Source of the DNA: the human T2T-CHM13v2.0 reference genome, Homo sapiens
Strand: one strand, 5' to 3'
Assembly (NCBI RefSeq): GCF_009914755.1
Contig: NC_060940.1
Length of the DNA: 64,000 nt
How positions within the stretch are numbered: position 1 is the first letter of the stretch; each line of letters opens with the position of its first letter. The notes beneath the pieces were generated by a model. The model did not search any database, was not told the DNA's origin, and saw only the letters and a list, made by a program, of their open reading frames with translations. The position numbers and the translations under genes are program-made. Below, piece by piece: positions 32,981 to 61,639 of this stretch.

Positions 32981-34557
32981 TCATATATTTTCTATATCAT
33001 CAAACAATTAAAAAAAACTACCTTATTATCCTTTTGATAAATGGCTTAACCACCTGCATTTTCAGAGGCAAGGCTTATTCCCAGACAAGGGCACTGACTG
33101 TCCCCAGGTGGGGCAGGGAACCTCTTTGCACACCACTTCCCTGTAGCCCCTGCTGACAGGGAGGTGACTGATAAGCACTGCCCAGAGTTTTCTTATCGGG
33201 CAGTCGGGGAACAAAGAACAAAACAATCTCAAAAAGGACTTTAATTTCGTGTTGCTAAAGTGACATGATACTTTTGTCTCTTGGCCAACTTCCTCAAAGG
33301 CATTCACACACAAACCTGGAGGTGGCGGTCCAGACCACCTGACCCGATTCATGTCTGGCAACGAGGCCGCCCAGCGGCATCAGAAACTTGAACATGCATC
33401 CATCTGTGCCCCAAGTGCTAGAGGAGCTGGAGAAGATGAGCAATGGCGAAGCAGCGGAAAGAGGAGTTGGGGAGGCTGTGAGCTGCTGGTAAGGGGCAGA
33501 GCTGAAGGCCAAGAGTCACCCTACCAGCACCATGTCAACTGAGGACCCGCTGTAGGGAAGGTAAGGCCAGAGCTGGCTGCAACAGCAGAGGCTTTGTTCT
33601 TTGGGCAGTGGAGATAAGTCATCAAAACCATGTTTGTGGGAGACAATTCTGGGAGCTGTGGCAGGGTGGAATAAAATAGGCAGACCTGCCTGGGGGTTCC
33701 AATGCCTCAAGAAGAGGAACAAGGCCTTGTGTCTGCCTCTTAGCCTGGATCCTGCACTTCACGTAGAAATCACAGATCTGGAGAATGAGACCCACGGACA
33801 CTGGGAACAGCAGTCAGGGCTGCAGTGATTGTGCAAAGACAGGGGATATAGGTGGGGCAAATGGAAGGTGGGAGCTAACAGCCTGGGAGATGGCAGAGGT
33901 GGTGAAGGGCTCTGCCAACAGCAGATGGCCCTGCTGGAGCTCCTTAAAATGCAGGTGCCTCGCTGGGCTCCGGAGCCACAGATCTGAACCTCTGCAGGGT
34001 GAGGGTTGACATCCAAATTTTAGAAAGTTCAGCAGGTGAGCGCCCTGCAGAGCCAGAGACTGCTGCCCGCTGGATTCAGGGCTACCAACAGGCCAGAGCT
34101 GGAGCCTTGGGCAGCACAGGCAGGGGGGCCCCAGGGCAAATGTGAGTGTTGACTGCCCAAACCTCCCCTGAGGTTTACTTCCTCCAAACAAGGCCCCGTC
34201 AGTCCCATGGCCGCAATATGGGGAAGCTGTTTTGGTCAAGATCAAAGTGTTTCCTAACATGCTGCCTCCTTAAAGAAGTTAGAAAAGGGTTTAAACTCAT
34301 CTTTGAAAACTTAAATCAGAATAAGTAAAACATTTTACTGGCTGGGCAGGGTGGCTCACGGCTTTAATCCCAGCACTTTGGGAGGCTGAGGTGGGTGGAT
34401 CACGAGGTTAGGAGTTCAAGACCAGCCTGGCAAAGATGGCGAAACCCCATCTCTACTAAAAATACAAAAATTAGCTGGGCGTGGTGGCCTGCGCTTGTAA
34501 TATCCCAGCTACTCGGGAGGGTGAGGCAGAGCACCCGGGAGGTGGAAGCTGCAGTGA

Positions 34558-34875
<318 letters not shown>

Positions 34876-36371
34876 TGATCCAACCGCCTCAGCTTCTCAA
34901 AGTGCTAGGATTACAGGTATGAGCCACCGTGCCTGGCCTGGAGTCTTCAATCAACTTTCCTCAAACAATCTAGGGATCTTAACACTGCTTTGATTTATAA
35001 AATTCCACAATGTTGCATATATGCCCCAGGTGACAGTCGAGTGTTACACATCTCCTCAGAGGAAATGGGCCAGATTTTAAAACTCCAAACACCGTAATTT
35101 TATGAGCCATGCATGCACTTTTCCACAGCAGCAGCAAATATGATACGATGTGGCACGATACACTTCTGGAAAGCGGCTACCCCAACGCTACCCCAGTTTT
35201 TGGTCACTTATGACCAAGGAAAGGCATTTCGAAGGGGAAGCCAAGTACACATTGGGTGATCCTCAGGGACCTGAGACTATGTGGGATTTCAGGCACTTGC
35301 TGGGTCCAGGGATTCCTTTTTGCTGCTCAGAACCTTGGGCAGACAATCAGTGAAACTCTTCACGGGCATGGTGTCCTGGGGGTTTCAAGGAGGGGTTCCT
35401 TCCACCTGAGGCCCCGAGTCTATCACCTACATTTTCATCCTGAGCCTTTCGAGATGTGGTTTGGCAGAAACAGAGACCATATGCAGAGGGGGTGTGCACG
35501 GCTGCACCATCTCAAAGGGCCTCGCCAGGATGTGCCCACGATGACAGCGGCAGGGGCTGGAGCACCGTTTCCTCTGCACCCATGGGGCATTCTTCTTCCC
35601 ACCAGAACAAACCTTCCAAGTAATTGAGCACATTCCTCAGTTCCCATTTTAACCATTTTCGGGACGTTTTTTTCTAAAACACTTCTTGAATGTTTCCCAC
35701 TCATCTTCTTGTGGGACTGACCATAGGCTCCAGGCCATGGGATGCCTTCAGGCTCCTCCCTCCCACCCAAACACCCAGCGGCCTCCCTTCAGAGGTGCTC
35801 CCTGATTGGCTGTTCCCTCTTCTGGTGCCCCTGCCCACATCCCACTTCCAGTCAGCCCTGATGAGACAAAGCAGCCAGCCAGGCCCAGGCAAGGCGCTCT
35901 GTGCCACCTCGCCCTTCCAGGGCAGTTAGGCTTCGCAGAGCATGCTTCCGGTCCTCTCTCCCCTGCTCTCCACCCCAGCTCCCTGTCATGCATTCTGGAT
36001 CCCCAGGGCCTAACTAAGCGGCAGGTAAGAATGGGGCCGGGCCTGTGGATCTGCCTCCTAATTTATGGAAAATGCTGGGGACGAGGAGCACAGCAAAACC
36101 CAGTACAGGGATGTAAACTGCAAACAAAGAACTGTGTTTCTTCAACTTAAACCCCAAGGGAAAAAAAGACATTGCAGGGACCAGAGAGATTAATTAAAAG
36201 AGATGTCAGAGACACATAAACCAATCACACTGTATGGATCCTTATTTGGATCCTGATTTAAGGGAAAAAAATTATAAAAGAATTGAGACAGGCCAGGCAC
36301 GGTGACTCACACTTGTAATCCTAGAACTTTGGGAGGCCGAGGCAGGCGGATCACTTGAGGTCAAGAGTTCA

Positions 36372-36719
<348 letters not shown>

Positions 36720-37864
36720 TTACAAATGAAACAAAAGAATGAGTGAGATTTAGGCGGGTTATCTGGGGGAGGGGAACGGCGTGGGCGAGGCCACCACATG
36801 ATGTGGTGACAAGCTCAAGGTGGAGCGCTCTTTTCTTCCTACCGTGCACATTTGGAATTTCCCATAAGAAGTGAAATTTTCGAGGCCGGGGCTCTGAAGA
36901 TAGACAATCTGGTTCAAATCCCAGCCTGGCCTCTTACTGGCACAGCGAGGCCTCGTGTTCTCACACGGATGCTACACCTACGTCCCAGCACTGCTGTGAC
37001 GGTGGGAGGAAAGCACGCTTTTGGCAGAGCTCCTGGACAGCAGTCGCGGCCCCATGAAGGCTACCTCCGGAAGGCACTCGCACGGCTGCCGAGAAGGCTC
37101 GTAGGCATCCACGGGGCTGGCATTGAAGACACAGGCTCTAACAAGTAAAGGGATGCAGGGCCCAGGGCCGTGGGTGGCCTTCCTCCCTCCCAGCCCTCTC
37201 ACGATCCCAAAGTGAAGCCTGGGATCAAAGTTGCATCCTTCCACAGCAGGGTTCATTGCTCTATCAGTAGGCCTCTGACCCCATCTTCCCCTCCACTCCT
37301 CACTCAAAGCACCAATGACTTTCCTCAAGTGACAATACAAATCCCAATTTGTATTGTCCAGGGCAATCCCAGCGAGGACTGCCCAGTCCTATTGGTTTAG
37401 AAAAATGACATGAAGTCCCACTGGGGTATCTGCCCCAACCCCTCAACTGTTCAGTTCAGAGGTGATGTGATGGTTCTAGTTCAGCCTGGACTGGACCCTG
37501 GTAGGGTAAAGACATGATCTGTGGAGAGAAGAAATCAACTCCCCACTGGGAGAACAGAGGTGACACCTGACCCTGCTGGGCCATGCCCACTCTCCCCTTC
37601 AGAAAAGTAGACCTGGACATCAGTGACTGCCACTCCACCTGCTCTGAGGACTGCCCTTCTTCCCTGGGCAGCAGGAAAGCCAGGACTCAGAGAGACAGAC
37701 AAAGCCTGAGGACAGCCGCCAGCCTCTCCCCTCTGTCCACCTTCCACTCCACAGCCTGCCAGCAGCCAGAAGCATCCTTGCCCTGGGGCTCTGCGTACTC
37801 CCCCTTCCTCAGTTTCATTTACAGTGACTCCTGGTGGTTTCTGTCACTTGTCACCAGAGGACTC

Positions 37865-39040
37865 AAGCAGACATGCTTCCAAAGAAGACACACAAATGGC
37901 CAACAAGCCCATGAAATGATGCTCAACATCGTTGGTCATTAGGGAGATACACAGCAAAGACAGTGAGATACGGCGTCACAAAAGAATGGCAATAATGTGT
38001 TGAAGATGTGGACACACTGCAGGTGGGAATGTAAAATGGTGTGGATGCTTCGATGTTTTGGGGTTTGTTTGTTTTTTTTCATCATTCCCTTCCCCACAAG
38101 ATTTTTTTTCCATTTTCTTTTTTTTCCCCCAGTGGGGACACTTTAGAGAATACTTGGCAGTTCCACAAAAGGTTAAACACAGAGTCACCATATGTCCCAG
38201 CAACTCCACTCCTAGGTATATACCCAAGAGGAATGAAACACCCATCCACACAAAAACTTACACGCGGCCGTTCAGAGCAGCATGATTTGTAACAGCCGAA
38301 AAGCAGAACTCGCCCAGATGCCCATCAACTAACGATGGCTATAGGTGAGAAGGGTCCGGCCAGAGCATGGAATATTATTCAGCCTTAAACCAAATGAAGC
38401 ACTGATCATGCCACAGCACGATGGACCCCGAAGACGCAATGCCTGGTGAGAGCCAGGCACAAAAGGCCACAGACGAGATGACTATGAAAGTCCCTCAACA
38501 GGCGGCCAGGCGCAGTGGCTCACGCCTGTAATCATCCCAGCACTTCGGGAGGCCGAGGCGGGCAGATCATAAGGTCAGGAGATCGAGACCATCCTGGCTA
38601 ACACGGTGAAACCCCGTCTCTACTAAAAATACAAAAAAATTAGCCGGGCATGGTGGCAGGCACCTGTAGTCCCAGCTACTCGGAAGGCTGAGGCAGGAGA
38701 ATGGCATGAACCCCTGGGGGCGGAGGTTGCAGTAAGCCAAGATCGCGCCACTGCACTCCAGCCTGGGCGACAGAGTGAGACTCCGTCTCAAAAAAAAAAG
38801 TCTGTGAACATGCAAATTCCACAGAGACAGCAGATGAGTGGTTGCCAGGGGCAGAGGGCGTCGGGTGGTGGGGTCGGGGAACTGGGAAGTGATGGCTAAG
38901 GGGTGTGGGGTTCCTTTCTGAGGTGATAAAAATGTCCTAAAACCGACTGGGTGATGGTTGGACACTCTGTGGATGCACTAAACACCACGGGACTATACAC
39001 GAGGATGGATTTAGTGCTATGTGAATTAAATCTCAATCAA
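37865..39040 (+). mobile_element. L1M 3' fragment interrupted by an AluY (~38504-38798)
   Basis: aagaagacacacaaatggccaacaag...cagcaactccactcctaggtatatacccaagag. Confidence 0.75.
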
Positions 39041-39381
39041 AACACCCCTGACATCCAAGATCTCCAACTTCTCCCTCAGTATGTTCCATTCAACATTCTC
39101 TGCAGTAATACAACAAGCAAAAGAAATCTGCCCACCAGGGCGGCAGCACGCCCTGCACACACCTTCTACCCTGACTTCCTGGCCGCCTCCAGCTCTCCAG
39201 GCTTCTGGGGCCTTTTCCGCAGGAGCAGGAGCGGGGTGGGAGCAGAAGCTGGACTGCTGAGTAGCTGTAGAGTCTGAGCGCAGAGGAGGAAGGGGCAAGT
39301 GCGCTTGTCAGCAAAGAGGAGCAAACTGCTGAGGACTCCCAGCCAGGCTGACCCTCCCCCATGTGCCTACCCCACACTCAC

Positions 39382-39492
39382 AAGCAGGAGGCTTTGCACA
39401 GACTCGGTTCCCTCACCACAAATGCCCACAAGGGTTGGGTCCAGCCCAGTTTTCACTGTGCAGGCAGATGGTCGGCAGTCACTGGATTTTTC
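39382..39492 (-). CDS. ZDHHC7: ZDHHC7 alternative cassette exon, 111 nt, 37 aa (EKSSDCRPSACTVKTGLDPTLVGICGEGTESVQSLLL)
   Basis: Acceptor cttgtag|GAA, donor CTT|gtgagt, phase 0-0 and no stop. Inclusion gives 345 aa, matching my recollection of the long isoform. Confidence 0.85.
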
Positions 39493-40032
39493 CTACAAGG
39501 CAATATTCCAGTAAAAATCGCTGAGCTGGACCTGGCCCTGTAGCTGGCCCTCTCCTTTGTCGAAGTGCCTGGGCACTTTGGGCAACAAACAAGGGGTTTC
39601 TGCTGCAGCCAAGGAAGGAGAGGGCGGAGACACACAGGGATCAGGAGCAGGGTCTGGCTCCTAGAGGGAGACCTGCCGCGTAAAAGGAAATGACAAGACA
39701 GGCTTTAATTCTCTGAAGGCACAAACCCATCGAAGAGACTCAGTTATGGTCAAAGACTCCACCATCAGATCAGGCTACAAAGCCACTGGCAGACTTTGCT
39801 TCCAAGTTTGTCCCCAAGGTACCACTCCCCAGCTGCCCTCTGGTTGGGCCTATAATACTGTCCCATTCCCAGGACAGCTGCCCATGACCTCTACTAGTAA
39901 AACAGGAGACAGTAAACAATGTACATCCAAACCCTGAATAATTAATTCAGATAAAGCAAAGACAGATAAAGCCACGTGCAGACCACATTCTGTGAGCTGA
40001 TCCGTTTCAGTTTATTCTCAAAAAAGAGTCCT

Positions 40033-40364
<332 letters not shown>

Positions 40365-40921
40365 TTAGAGAAAGCTTAGAAACAGACAAGAACCCAGTAG
40401 ATTTTAAATTGACAAATTGGGAGTCCCTATACCATGGTTTAAAACCACTGTTTTAAAGCAGTGGAAAGAACTTTTTTCAAATGAAAATCTACTGACTGCT
40501 AATACCTGACTTTGCATGCCTGCAGCTGCTGGGCGTCTCCTCCGAGCTCTGTGGGAAGCCTGGAACTCACTTACTAGAGGTGACGGATGGCTGAGCTGCA
40601 AGATCTGTACGATCGGCCCGAATGCCCCTCCCTGATTGAAGGATGTCTCAAAACTCAGGAACAGCCTGAAAGCCCAGCTGGAAGCTGAATCTGGTGGCCT
40701 GCAAGGCGTCAGGAACTAGGGGTATTTCACTGCGCTAGGTCTGGCCTATGTTTATTCTCAGCCTAAAGGGAATCTGCTCCCAAAATGAGCTCAATCCACC
40801 TTTCTTGTTCCACACCCATGTCAATATGTCCCTGTGCACTGCTTCCTCCAAAGGGTCAGCCACACCTGAGGACACTAGACCAGACACAAGAGAGCCACCC
40901 AGAGACGCAGCCAGTACTCAC

Positions 40922-41236
40922 AGGGTCGGTGAGCATGGTTCTCAGGTGGGATGACAGGGCAAGCACGGCCAAGCAGTTAAAGATGACCCCGTTGACCACA
41001 GAGTACCAGAAGTCTTTGGAAGGCAGCAGCATGACGAAAGTCACCACGAAGTCTGCATAGGCGACCAGAAGCCACGTCATGACAGCACAGATCATGCCGC
41101 AGCCGTCACGGATGAACCAGACCCGGTCAGCCACGTCAGCCTCGGAGGAGGAGGACGATGAAGAGTCATAGTTGTCATTTTCAGCCAGGAGAGGATGATG
41201 CTCGACGTCCCGGAGCCTGTGTCCTGATGGCTGCAT
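40922..41236 (-). CDS. ZDHHC7: ZDHHC7 first coding exon (aa 1-105: N-terminus, TM1-TM2, ends ...TDP); exon starts at 41253
   Basis: Acceptor ccccag|GG at 41253, ATG at 41236 (A at -3), 315 nt open, donor CCT|gtgagt. Confidence 0.97.
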
Positions 41237-41890
41237 GATTTCCCTGACGCACCCTGGGGAGGGGGACGACACAGAGCTGGTAAGGCTCAAAAAGCTCACA
41301 AGCTACCTTAAATATGATGTGTTACAGTTTGTCCTTGGCCATTTCATGAAGTTAGTCTAAATACACATAGTGGGAAAGAACATAAAAACATAACTAAGAT
41401 CTGAATTTTTAAATCTCTGACTTGATTGATTGCTTTACTACAACACAGTAAGTCCCACAGTACAGGTTATGCCTACATATACAAAACCGTATCTATGGCC
41501 AGCCGTGGCCACATACAAAGATTATGGAAAGCACAAGCTAGACGCGAAGTCCCAGCACTGGGTTCCCCGGCAGCGTGGAGAGGAGCTCTGCTGTATCACT
41601 GCTGCGCCTGCTCCCCTGAGCCCCACCTGTTCCTGCTCTGCTCAGCAGCTCACCTAAATGCTCCCAAGCAGGTGCTCGGCACACACTTCAGCAAGCAGCA
41701 TGATGAAAGAATGACGAGTAAGTCACTGGTTCTCTATTCATCTTTACACCGCCTCATACACACTGACCTCATTGGTCTTACCTGATTTTCCTCAATTTGA
41801 TTCTCAGTTTATCCTCGCTAATCTGTGATGTTTTTGGAGCAGACTCCCATTTTTATATCTCTGTTCCTTGACACTCTACCCTGCTTCTAG

Positions 41891-46327
<4,437 letters not shown>

Positions 46328-46535
46328 TCATCAATTCAATTCATGGAGTCCCCTCCACAGATACACCCTCCTTTTAGGACCGGAAGGCAGCGGGTGAAAA
46401 GGAAGGCGTGCCTGTCAGCTTGGCACCACGCCTCTGCTTTGCCACATGCACAGGTTACCTTTTTAGTAATATACAAGCTAGTGTCAGCTGTGAGAAAGGA
46501 AACAGTGATTGGACCCTAAATAATCACACTCTTAC

Positions 46536-46621
46536 CTCACAAGTTATTTCTAAACATCACTTGAACATTTTGTGCCGTTTCTTCAGGATCTTAAGGTGCA
46601 TACTGTCCTATGTGATCGGAT
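46536..46621 (-). other. ZDHHC7: ZDHHC7 exon 2 (86 nt, 5'UTR)
   Basis: Acceptor ttttattacctttcag|AT and donor GAG|gtaaga in unique sequence between exon 1 and the ATG exon. Confidence 0.8.
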
Positions 46622-47360
46622 CTGAAAGGTAATAAAATCTGATTAGAAAAAGTGATTTATTTTATGACAGACGTGTGTCATATTTCTTAGGGTATGATTA
46701 ATTTTTGGAGCGTAACATTTGACGCATCAAGTTCTGTCACTCAGAACTATCCTTAAGTATGAAATCATTGCTCTTCTAAGTTTTGATTACTAGGTAAATT
46801 CACAATCCTGGAAATCAAGTAATTTATTTTAAATATTTCCATTTACCCTCCTGCTCTTTTAGCCCCAGTGTTAAATACAGATCTATAAGCTAAAATCCCT
46901 CCAGAAAAATCCCCTAGGGCAGACCAAATCTGGGTAGCCTGCACTTCTACCGTCGATAAGCTGATTTACTGGCCACATTAAAGGAATCACAGAACAGAGA
47001 GAAAGAGCACTTGAGGCAGGAGGGGTGGACTAGAATGGCAGGCCCTGCTGTGGGAGGGGCGAGGAGGTGAAGGAAGACAGTGGAACCCAGTGAGGGCCAC
47101 TCAATGAGAGCAGAGACTCCTGGCACGCATCTCCCACGTAGCTCCCCGAACCCTGACAGATGGGAGGGTCGAGGAATCCTCTCTAGCACTAATATGACCC
47201 AAGAAAAAGGTCTAAAGACTCTGCGATGTAGGGAAAACCCAACAAGAAGGTCAGATTCACTGTCAGACCTCCCTAAGTCGGGGGCCACAGGGAAACCCCC
47301 GCCACGGACAGAGAGGTTCCAAGTGCTTGTCGTAGCTCCATTATAAAAAAAGAAAGTCCA

Positions 47361-49687
<2,327 letters not shown>

Positions 49688-49879
49688 TAGTAACTTTATT
49701 CAAACATCTATGCACCAGCCAGAAACTTGAAATGCTTAGTAATATTTTGAACTGTTTTCCAATGAGCTTATCTTAGCAATGTCTTAAAATCGGAAACTGG
49801 TTTGCAAAATTCAGGACTGTGAATCGCAAGCATCAGGTCTACACCAGATTTTCTACAATGAGATCAAATCTCCAATTAA

Positions 49880-50810
<931 letters not shown>

Positions 50811-51735
50811 AAACATGAGCAGGAGAAAAAATACCCAGCACAGGTATGTACGGCCGGTGTGATAGTGCAAGGGTGCGGCACAAGGCAAGTCCCAGCGAGC
50901 AGTGGAGTCACTTTTCTTCCTGGATAACCCGCGTTCCTGAGTCCAGACCCTGTCTTGGATTTACTTGTATCTGTAACTTCAAGCAAGTGTCTTAAGCTCT
51001 TCGCCTTTACTTTTTTCCTTGGCTATAAACAGAAAATGTATTTCTCAGGAACACACTGAAAACAAGTAAACAAAAGATACCAGTATTCTCTGGTGATCAG
51101 TGACTACAGAAAAGAACCAAGACAGAATTATTTTTACCACTGCACTGCTAAGAATGTCCACCCTAGAGTCTGGTATCCATGTTTATATTAAAATACTATT
51201 TAAACTTGTCGTTGCTTTACTGTTCATACACCCACTTCAGCCCCATAAAAAACGGAATTAAGCAAACCTGTTTTAGGACAGAAGGTTACAAAACAAACTC
51301 AACCCCTGCCATGAACAGTCCACTCAATTCAAACATCAGGCTGGGGAGTTGGGGGGTGAGCATCCAAGCACGTACTCTGTGCAAGGCCTCAAGGATGTGC
51401 AGCCAAAGACAGCCTGAGCCACAGGAGCAGAGCGCACACAGCAGCGAGGTGAGGATCCAATGTGCAAAGTGCTTTCCCCAAGTTAGCAGCAAAGTGTGAT
51501 CAGGGAGAGAAATGAAAACAGCTACTTCTGGAAGAACCAGAGAAAGTGTCAATAAAGACAACAGACAGCATGGGTGGGCCCCAGCAGACCAGAAAGACAT
51601 GGACAAGAGAGGACAATCATGTGACACAGCACAGAAGGGAATTCAGCATTCCAGAGGGGAATGTGACCAGAAGGACAAGCCTGAGGTCCAATGGAACCAC
51701 AGCCTGAATGCCACGCTAAGAAACCTGGAACTCTA

Positions 51736-53325
<1,590 letters not shown>

Positions 53326-54529
53326 TAGGAGAAAGCGTGGGTGGAGTGGGGGGATGGTCGACAAAGCGGAATGATCCTTCCTCCCTGGAGGAAGAAAGGG
53401 GAAACCCGGGCATGAAGAGAAGTGAAAGCAGTTCACTCAGGAAGACGAGTGCTGAGTGTCTCAGCAGAGAGGAGGAGCGGGGCTGCGGCGCTGGGAGGGC
53501 CTATGGAGACCGCAAAATGGAAATGGGGTGGAGAGGCGGCGGCCAAGAGGGGCCTGAACTGTCACCCTGCAGGGCCCAGACAATGCTGACACCTTAAGTG
53601 TCTCATAGAGGATGGGAATGGCTGGTCCTTTTATCCAAAAGCCCAGCCCAGCACCATAAACTTACCCAGGGCTGGAGATTAGCCAGGATGATGGGCTAGA
53701 AAAGCAGAGTAACGAAGGCAAGACCAAGATGCAAGCGGGAGAGGCCAACCTCAGAGTCCAGGGGGCAGGAGGAGAGGCCTGGTAAGCCAAGTGACCGAAA
53801 CTCAGGGCACTGAGGGCCCGAGGAGCCTGAGAAACAGACTCAGAGGAAGTGAGGGGCAGGACTGAGGCTGGGTCCAGGGGGGCGCTGTAAGATCCGGAGG
53901 CAGTGGTTCCTATGGGCCGTGCAAACGGGGCCACATCCCAGGTATGCCACCAGCCCGGATGAGTCAGGGAACCTGAGTCAAGGTGGGGAAGGCTACAGAG
54001 GGAGCTCACGTCCTCCCTCAACTCACAAAAGGAGCGCAGCACTCAGCTGACCCACTGCAGTGAGCTGATGGCGACTGCGCTCCTAAGTGCTCTTGCCATC
54101 AACTGGCAATCATGAAATATTCAGTTTGTCCTTTCAAATCCTACCATAGGAAATGATGCTCTAAGAAACCATGATTTTCTACTCAAATTACTGAATCCAA
54201 AGATCAGAATATTACTTTTAAGGAAAAAAAAAATCCACACCAGAATATTAACCCAACTCAAGCCAGATCTCAATGATATGCTGGCACGTAAGTCATACGG
54301 TGAATAGTGACCTTGCCTGACCTTTCTAGAAGGGCATTTCATATTAAAATACTTAATCACTCTACAGTAGGATCAGAACACTGCAGATCAAAAACATGGC
54401 AAAGTGGGGGAACACACACAGCACACAATGAACCGTGGAAGTGGGAGAGGGAACACCAGTCTCAGGAGTGAGGGGCCTGGGGGACAACACTGACTTCCCT
54501 TCCCCCTAGCCACACCCGGTCTCTGACTG

Positions 54530-55340
54530 GATACTTCTCCTCCACCCATGTAAACGCCGGGAGCACCCGGGCTTAGTCCTCGGCCTTGCCTTCATCTACA
54601 TGCTCTCCACAAAGGAGCTAATGGGGAACCTCAGTTTCACGAAGTTTAAACAAAAAAAGATATCTGGAAAACTCTCAGGCTGACGACGCATCCCTAAGGG
54701 CGTCTATCCAACTGGCCACTTAACAACTCCAGGGCAGGAGGGTCAAAGCAGAACCTCCCCCACTCAGTCACGACCCCACTCTTTCCCATCTCAATCAACG
54801 GCACACCACACCCAAAAAAAAAGGCCCCGCCCTTCATGTATCTCATTCCCCACCTCTCCACATCTAGCTGATCAGCAAGTCCTATGGGGTGCACCTCTAA
54901 ACCTACCCCAAATCCGACCACTTCTCCCACCTCCTCACCCGCCCAGACCAAGGTCCCATGAGCTCTCACCTGGGGAGTGCTCAGATCACCTGCTGACCAG
55001 TCCTCTCTCTACTCTCATGCCTCTGCTCACCCAACAGTCCAGTCCCCCATGCAGCACCCAGAGTGGTCTTCCACAGACATAAATCAGATCATGTCACTCC
55101 CCTCCCTAAGCTCGTGCAATCACTGCCTTTTCAGTGCGAATAAAATCCCACCCCACCCCCCACTCCACCCCACCACCATGGCCTAGAAAGCCCCACTCCA
55201 TCTGGAGCCTGCTGGCCTCCCTTCCTAGCAGCCTCTCCCTGGCTGCTTGTTCTGCCATCACCTCAATGGAATGTTACTCATAGTATCCCCAGCACTCCCG
55301 GGTTCACCACGCACTCCACAAACATTTCTTGAGTGAATAA
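54530..55340. mobile_element. L2 fragment
   Basis: aaatcagatcatgtcactcccc and aaacatttcttgagtgaataa L2 3'-end motifs. Confidence 0.6.
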
Positions 55341-56701
55341 GTAAGGGAAGGAGGGTGCTTGAGGGAGACAAGAAAAAGTAGAAAGGAAGTCCACAGGCAA
55401 ACGACAGGGGCGTGTGATAAGATCTGCCAGGGGAGTGGGCCAGAGGCCCAAAGGAGCCTGGCAGAAAAGGAGTAGAAGAGAAATGCACAAGGGTTATAGA
55501 GAAAGAGGGAGACGGGGGTGAAGAGAAAAACCCCACCTGTAGGCAAGTCACAACTTCAGGTCCAGAAAACATGTGCGCGGGACCTCACTAGAGCACGCAG
55601 GCCAGATGAGGTGGCCTCCAAGGAATGCTTACTCGTACCCCAAAGGTTCCCCTTTCATCCCTGTACGAGAGCCACAACCTAACTTTGACAGTCAAATGGA
55701 GCAGCTATTTTTAAAAATCCCAGCATGGTAACTAAACCCTCAAGAAATCTAAATCCAGAAATAAAAAGAACTCTAGAGTTCCAAACCTCATTAAGCATCC
55801 TGTCCCAGGGAAGAGCAGAGCCTCAATCAGGCTGGTATTCCCAACCTCCTTCCCTGTCTTCCTAGAGTTTCCCTGTTTAATACAAAATGAGCTTTTATAA
55901 TGCCAGATTAACCAGAGTTCAAAATACTAAGAAAATATGACATGCTAACAATACATTTAGCCCTCAATTACAAGTTAATGACAACATAAAACATTTGAAG
56001 GTGAGAAGAAAGGCTATTTACTGAGCATCTACTCTGTTTGTCAGGAGATTTACACACGTGACCACCACCCTAAAAGCCAGGCGTATCACGAGCTCATTTT
56101 CAGGATGACAAAATTGAGTCTTAGAGGCTAAGTGCCTTGCTCAGATCCACAGCCAGTTAGGGTGGAGTCAGAACTGTTTTGATTCCAAAGCCCGTGTTCT
56201 TCCACTAAAATACACTGGCTTCCAGAGCACTCAGTTTAAGAAAGTGCATTCTGTAATGAATAAATTGAATGTTGGAAATATGGAATCTAAGAATTCAAAA
56301 CATTTCAGTGAACTCTAAAAGCTGGTCTCCAATGAGACTGGAAGCCTCTCTAGCTGACTGCCCCTCCTCACGCAGTGCTGCAAATGAACGGCAGTGTTTC
56401 CCGGTGAACCAAACCACCAGCTTAACATAGAGCTAGCGTCTTTTTCCAAATCAGTGACATTCCTCATGCAACCAGGATTGATTCACCACCTTTTAGCCTC
56501 TGGACACAAAATTCCTCCATTCCTACATGTATGACGACACTTCCCACTTACAGCTCTGATCCTTCTCACCTTTCCCACAACCCAAATTTAGGCAGCCCTC
56601 ATCTCTAGCCTGTACCTCTGCAGAACGCTAACTTCAAGGGTCACTAGATTCCAATGACTCTCCACATGGCTGCAGGAATCACCGTTCAAAATCACAGCAC
56701 A

Positions 56702-60940
<4,239 letters not shown>

Positions 60941-61639
60941 GTGCGTACCAGGCCACAAAGTGACTAAAAGGTGATTTCAGGTATGTAAACACTGTAAAAC
61001 ATAACAAAAAAGAGATTCTTCATCTGTGAGATGAAGAGTTCAGAAAGAAATATTAATACACATTGACCTAAATCTCTAAACCCCTTGGGATAGTAACAGT
61101 AAAATAGATAAATACGTGCGCTTAAGTGCATACACTAAGCAGACTGAAAATGCAACACTGTAGCAGCGATTTGCCCAGCACTGTATACAGCCCAGACAGT
61201 AAAAGAAGCTACAAGGCAGGTAGCCGCATCAACACTGTCTCTTACACTCCAATTTAACGGCCACAATAAACTGGTTCTTCATAAGCTAATAAAGTGTGTC
61301 TATCTAACTGAGTGTGACAAAGTTGTAGAAGGAACCACACCAGGAGAGGTGAGCCTTACTGCCCTGAAAGCTTTACTGTCCCAGATGCCCTTTCAGGCAA
61401 CTAACACCCAAAGATGACTGACGTGGAGCAGGAGGGAAGATAACTAGGAAGATGGGCAGAGAATAAAAGAGAAAAGTTTACAGCTTAAGAGGAAGAGAAG
61501 CCACAACGCGAAGTGCGAGACTGCTCATTGTAATACCTGCCTATTAAAAAACTCTTTACAGCTTACACAGGGTTTATAGCTGCTCTGTAACCACCACCCC
61601 GTCATTAGCCACACAGAAAACCAGGGCTCGGAGAGCTGA

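Noticed and set aside
41254-41299. N-terminal [15 protein letters not shown] of ORF 40856-41299
   Set aside because: It is intronic (pyrimidine tract upstream of the 41253 acceptor) and starts at a non-ATG codon.
53868-53887. Possible CTCF motif GGTCCAGGGGGGCGCTG
   Set aside because: An extra G and a poor 5' half break the consensus spacing.
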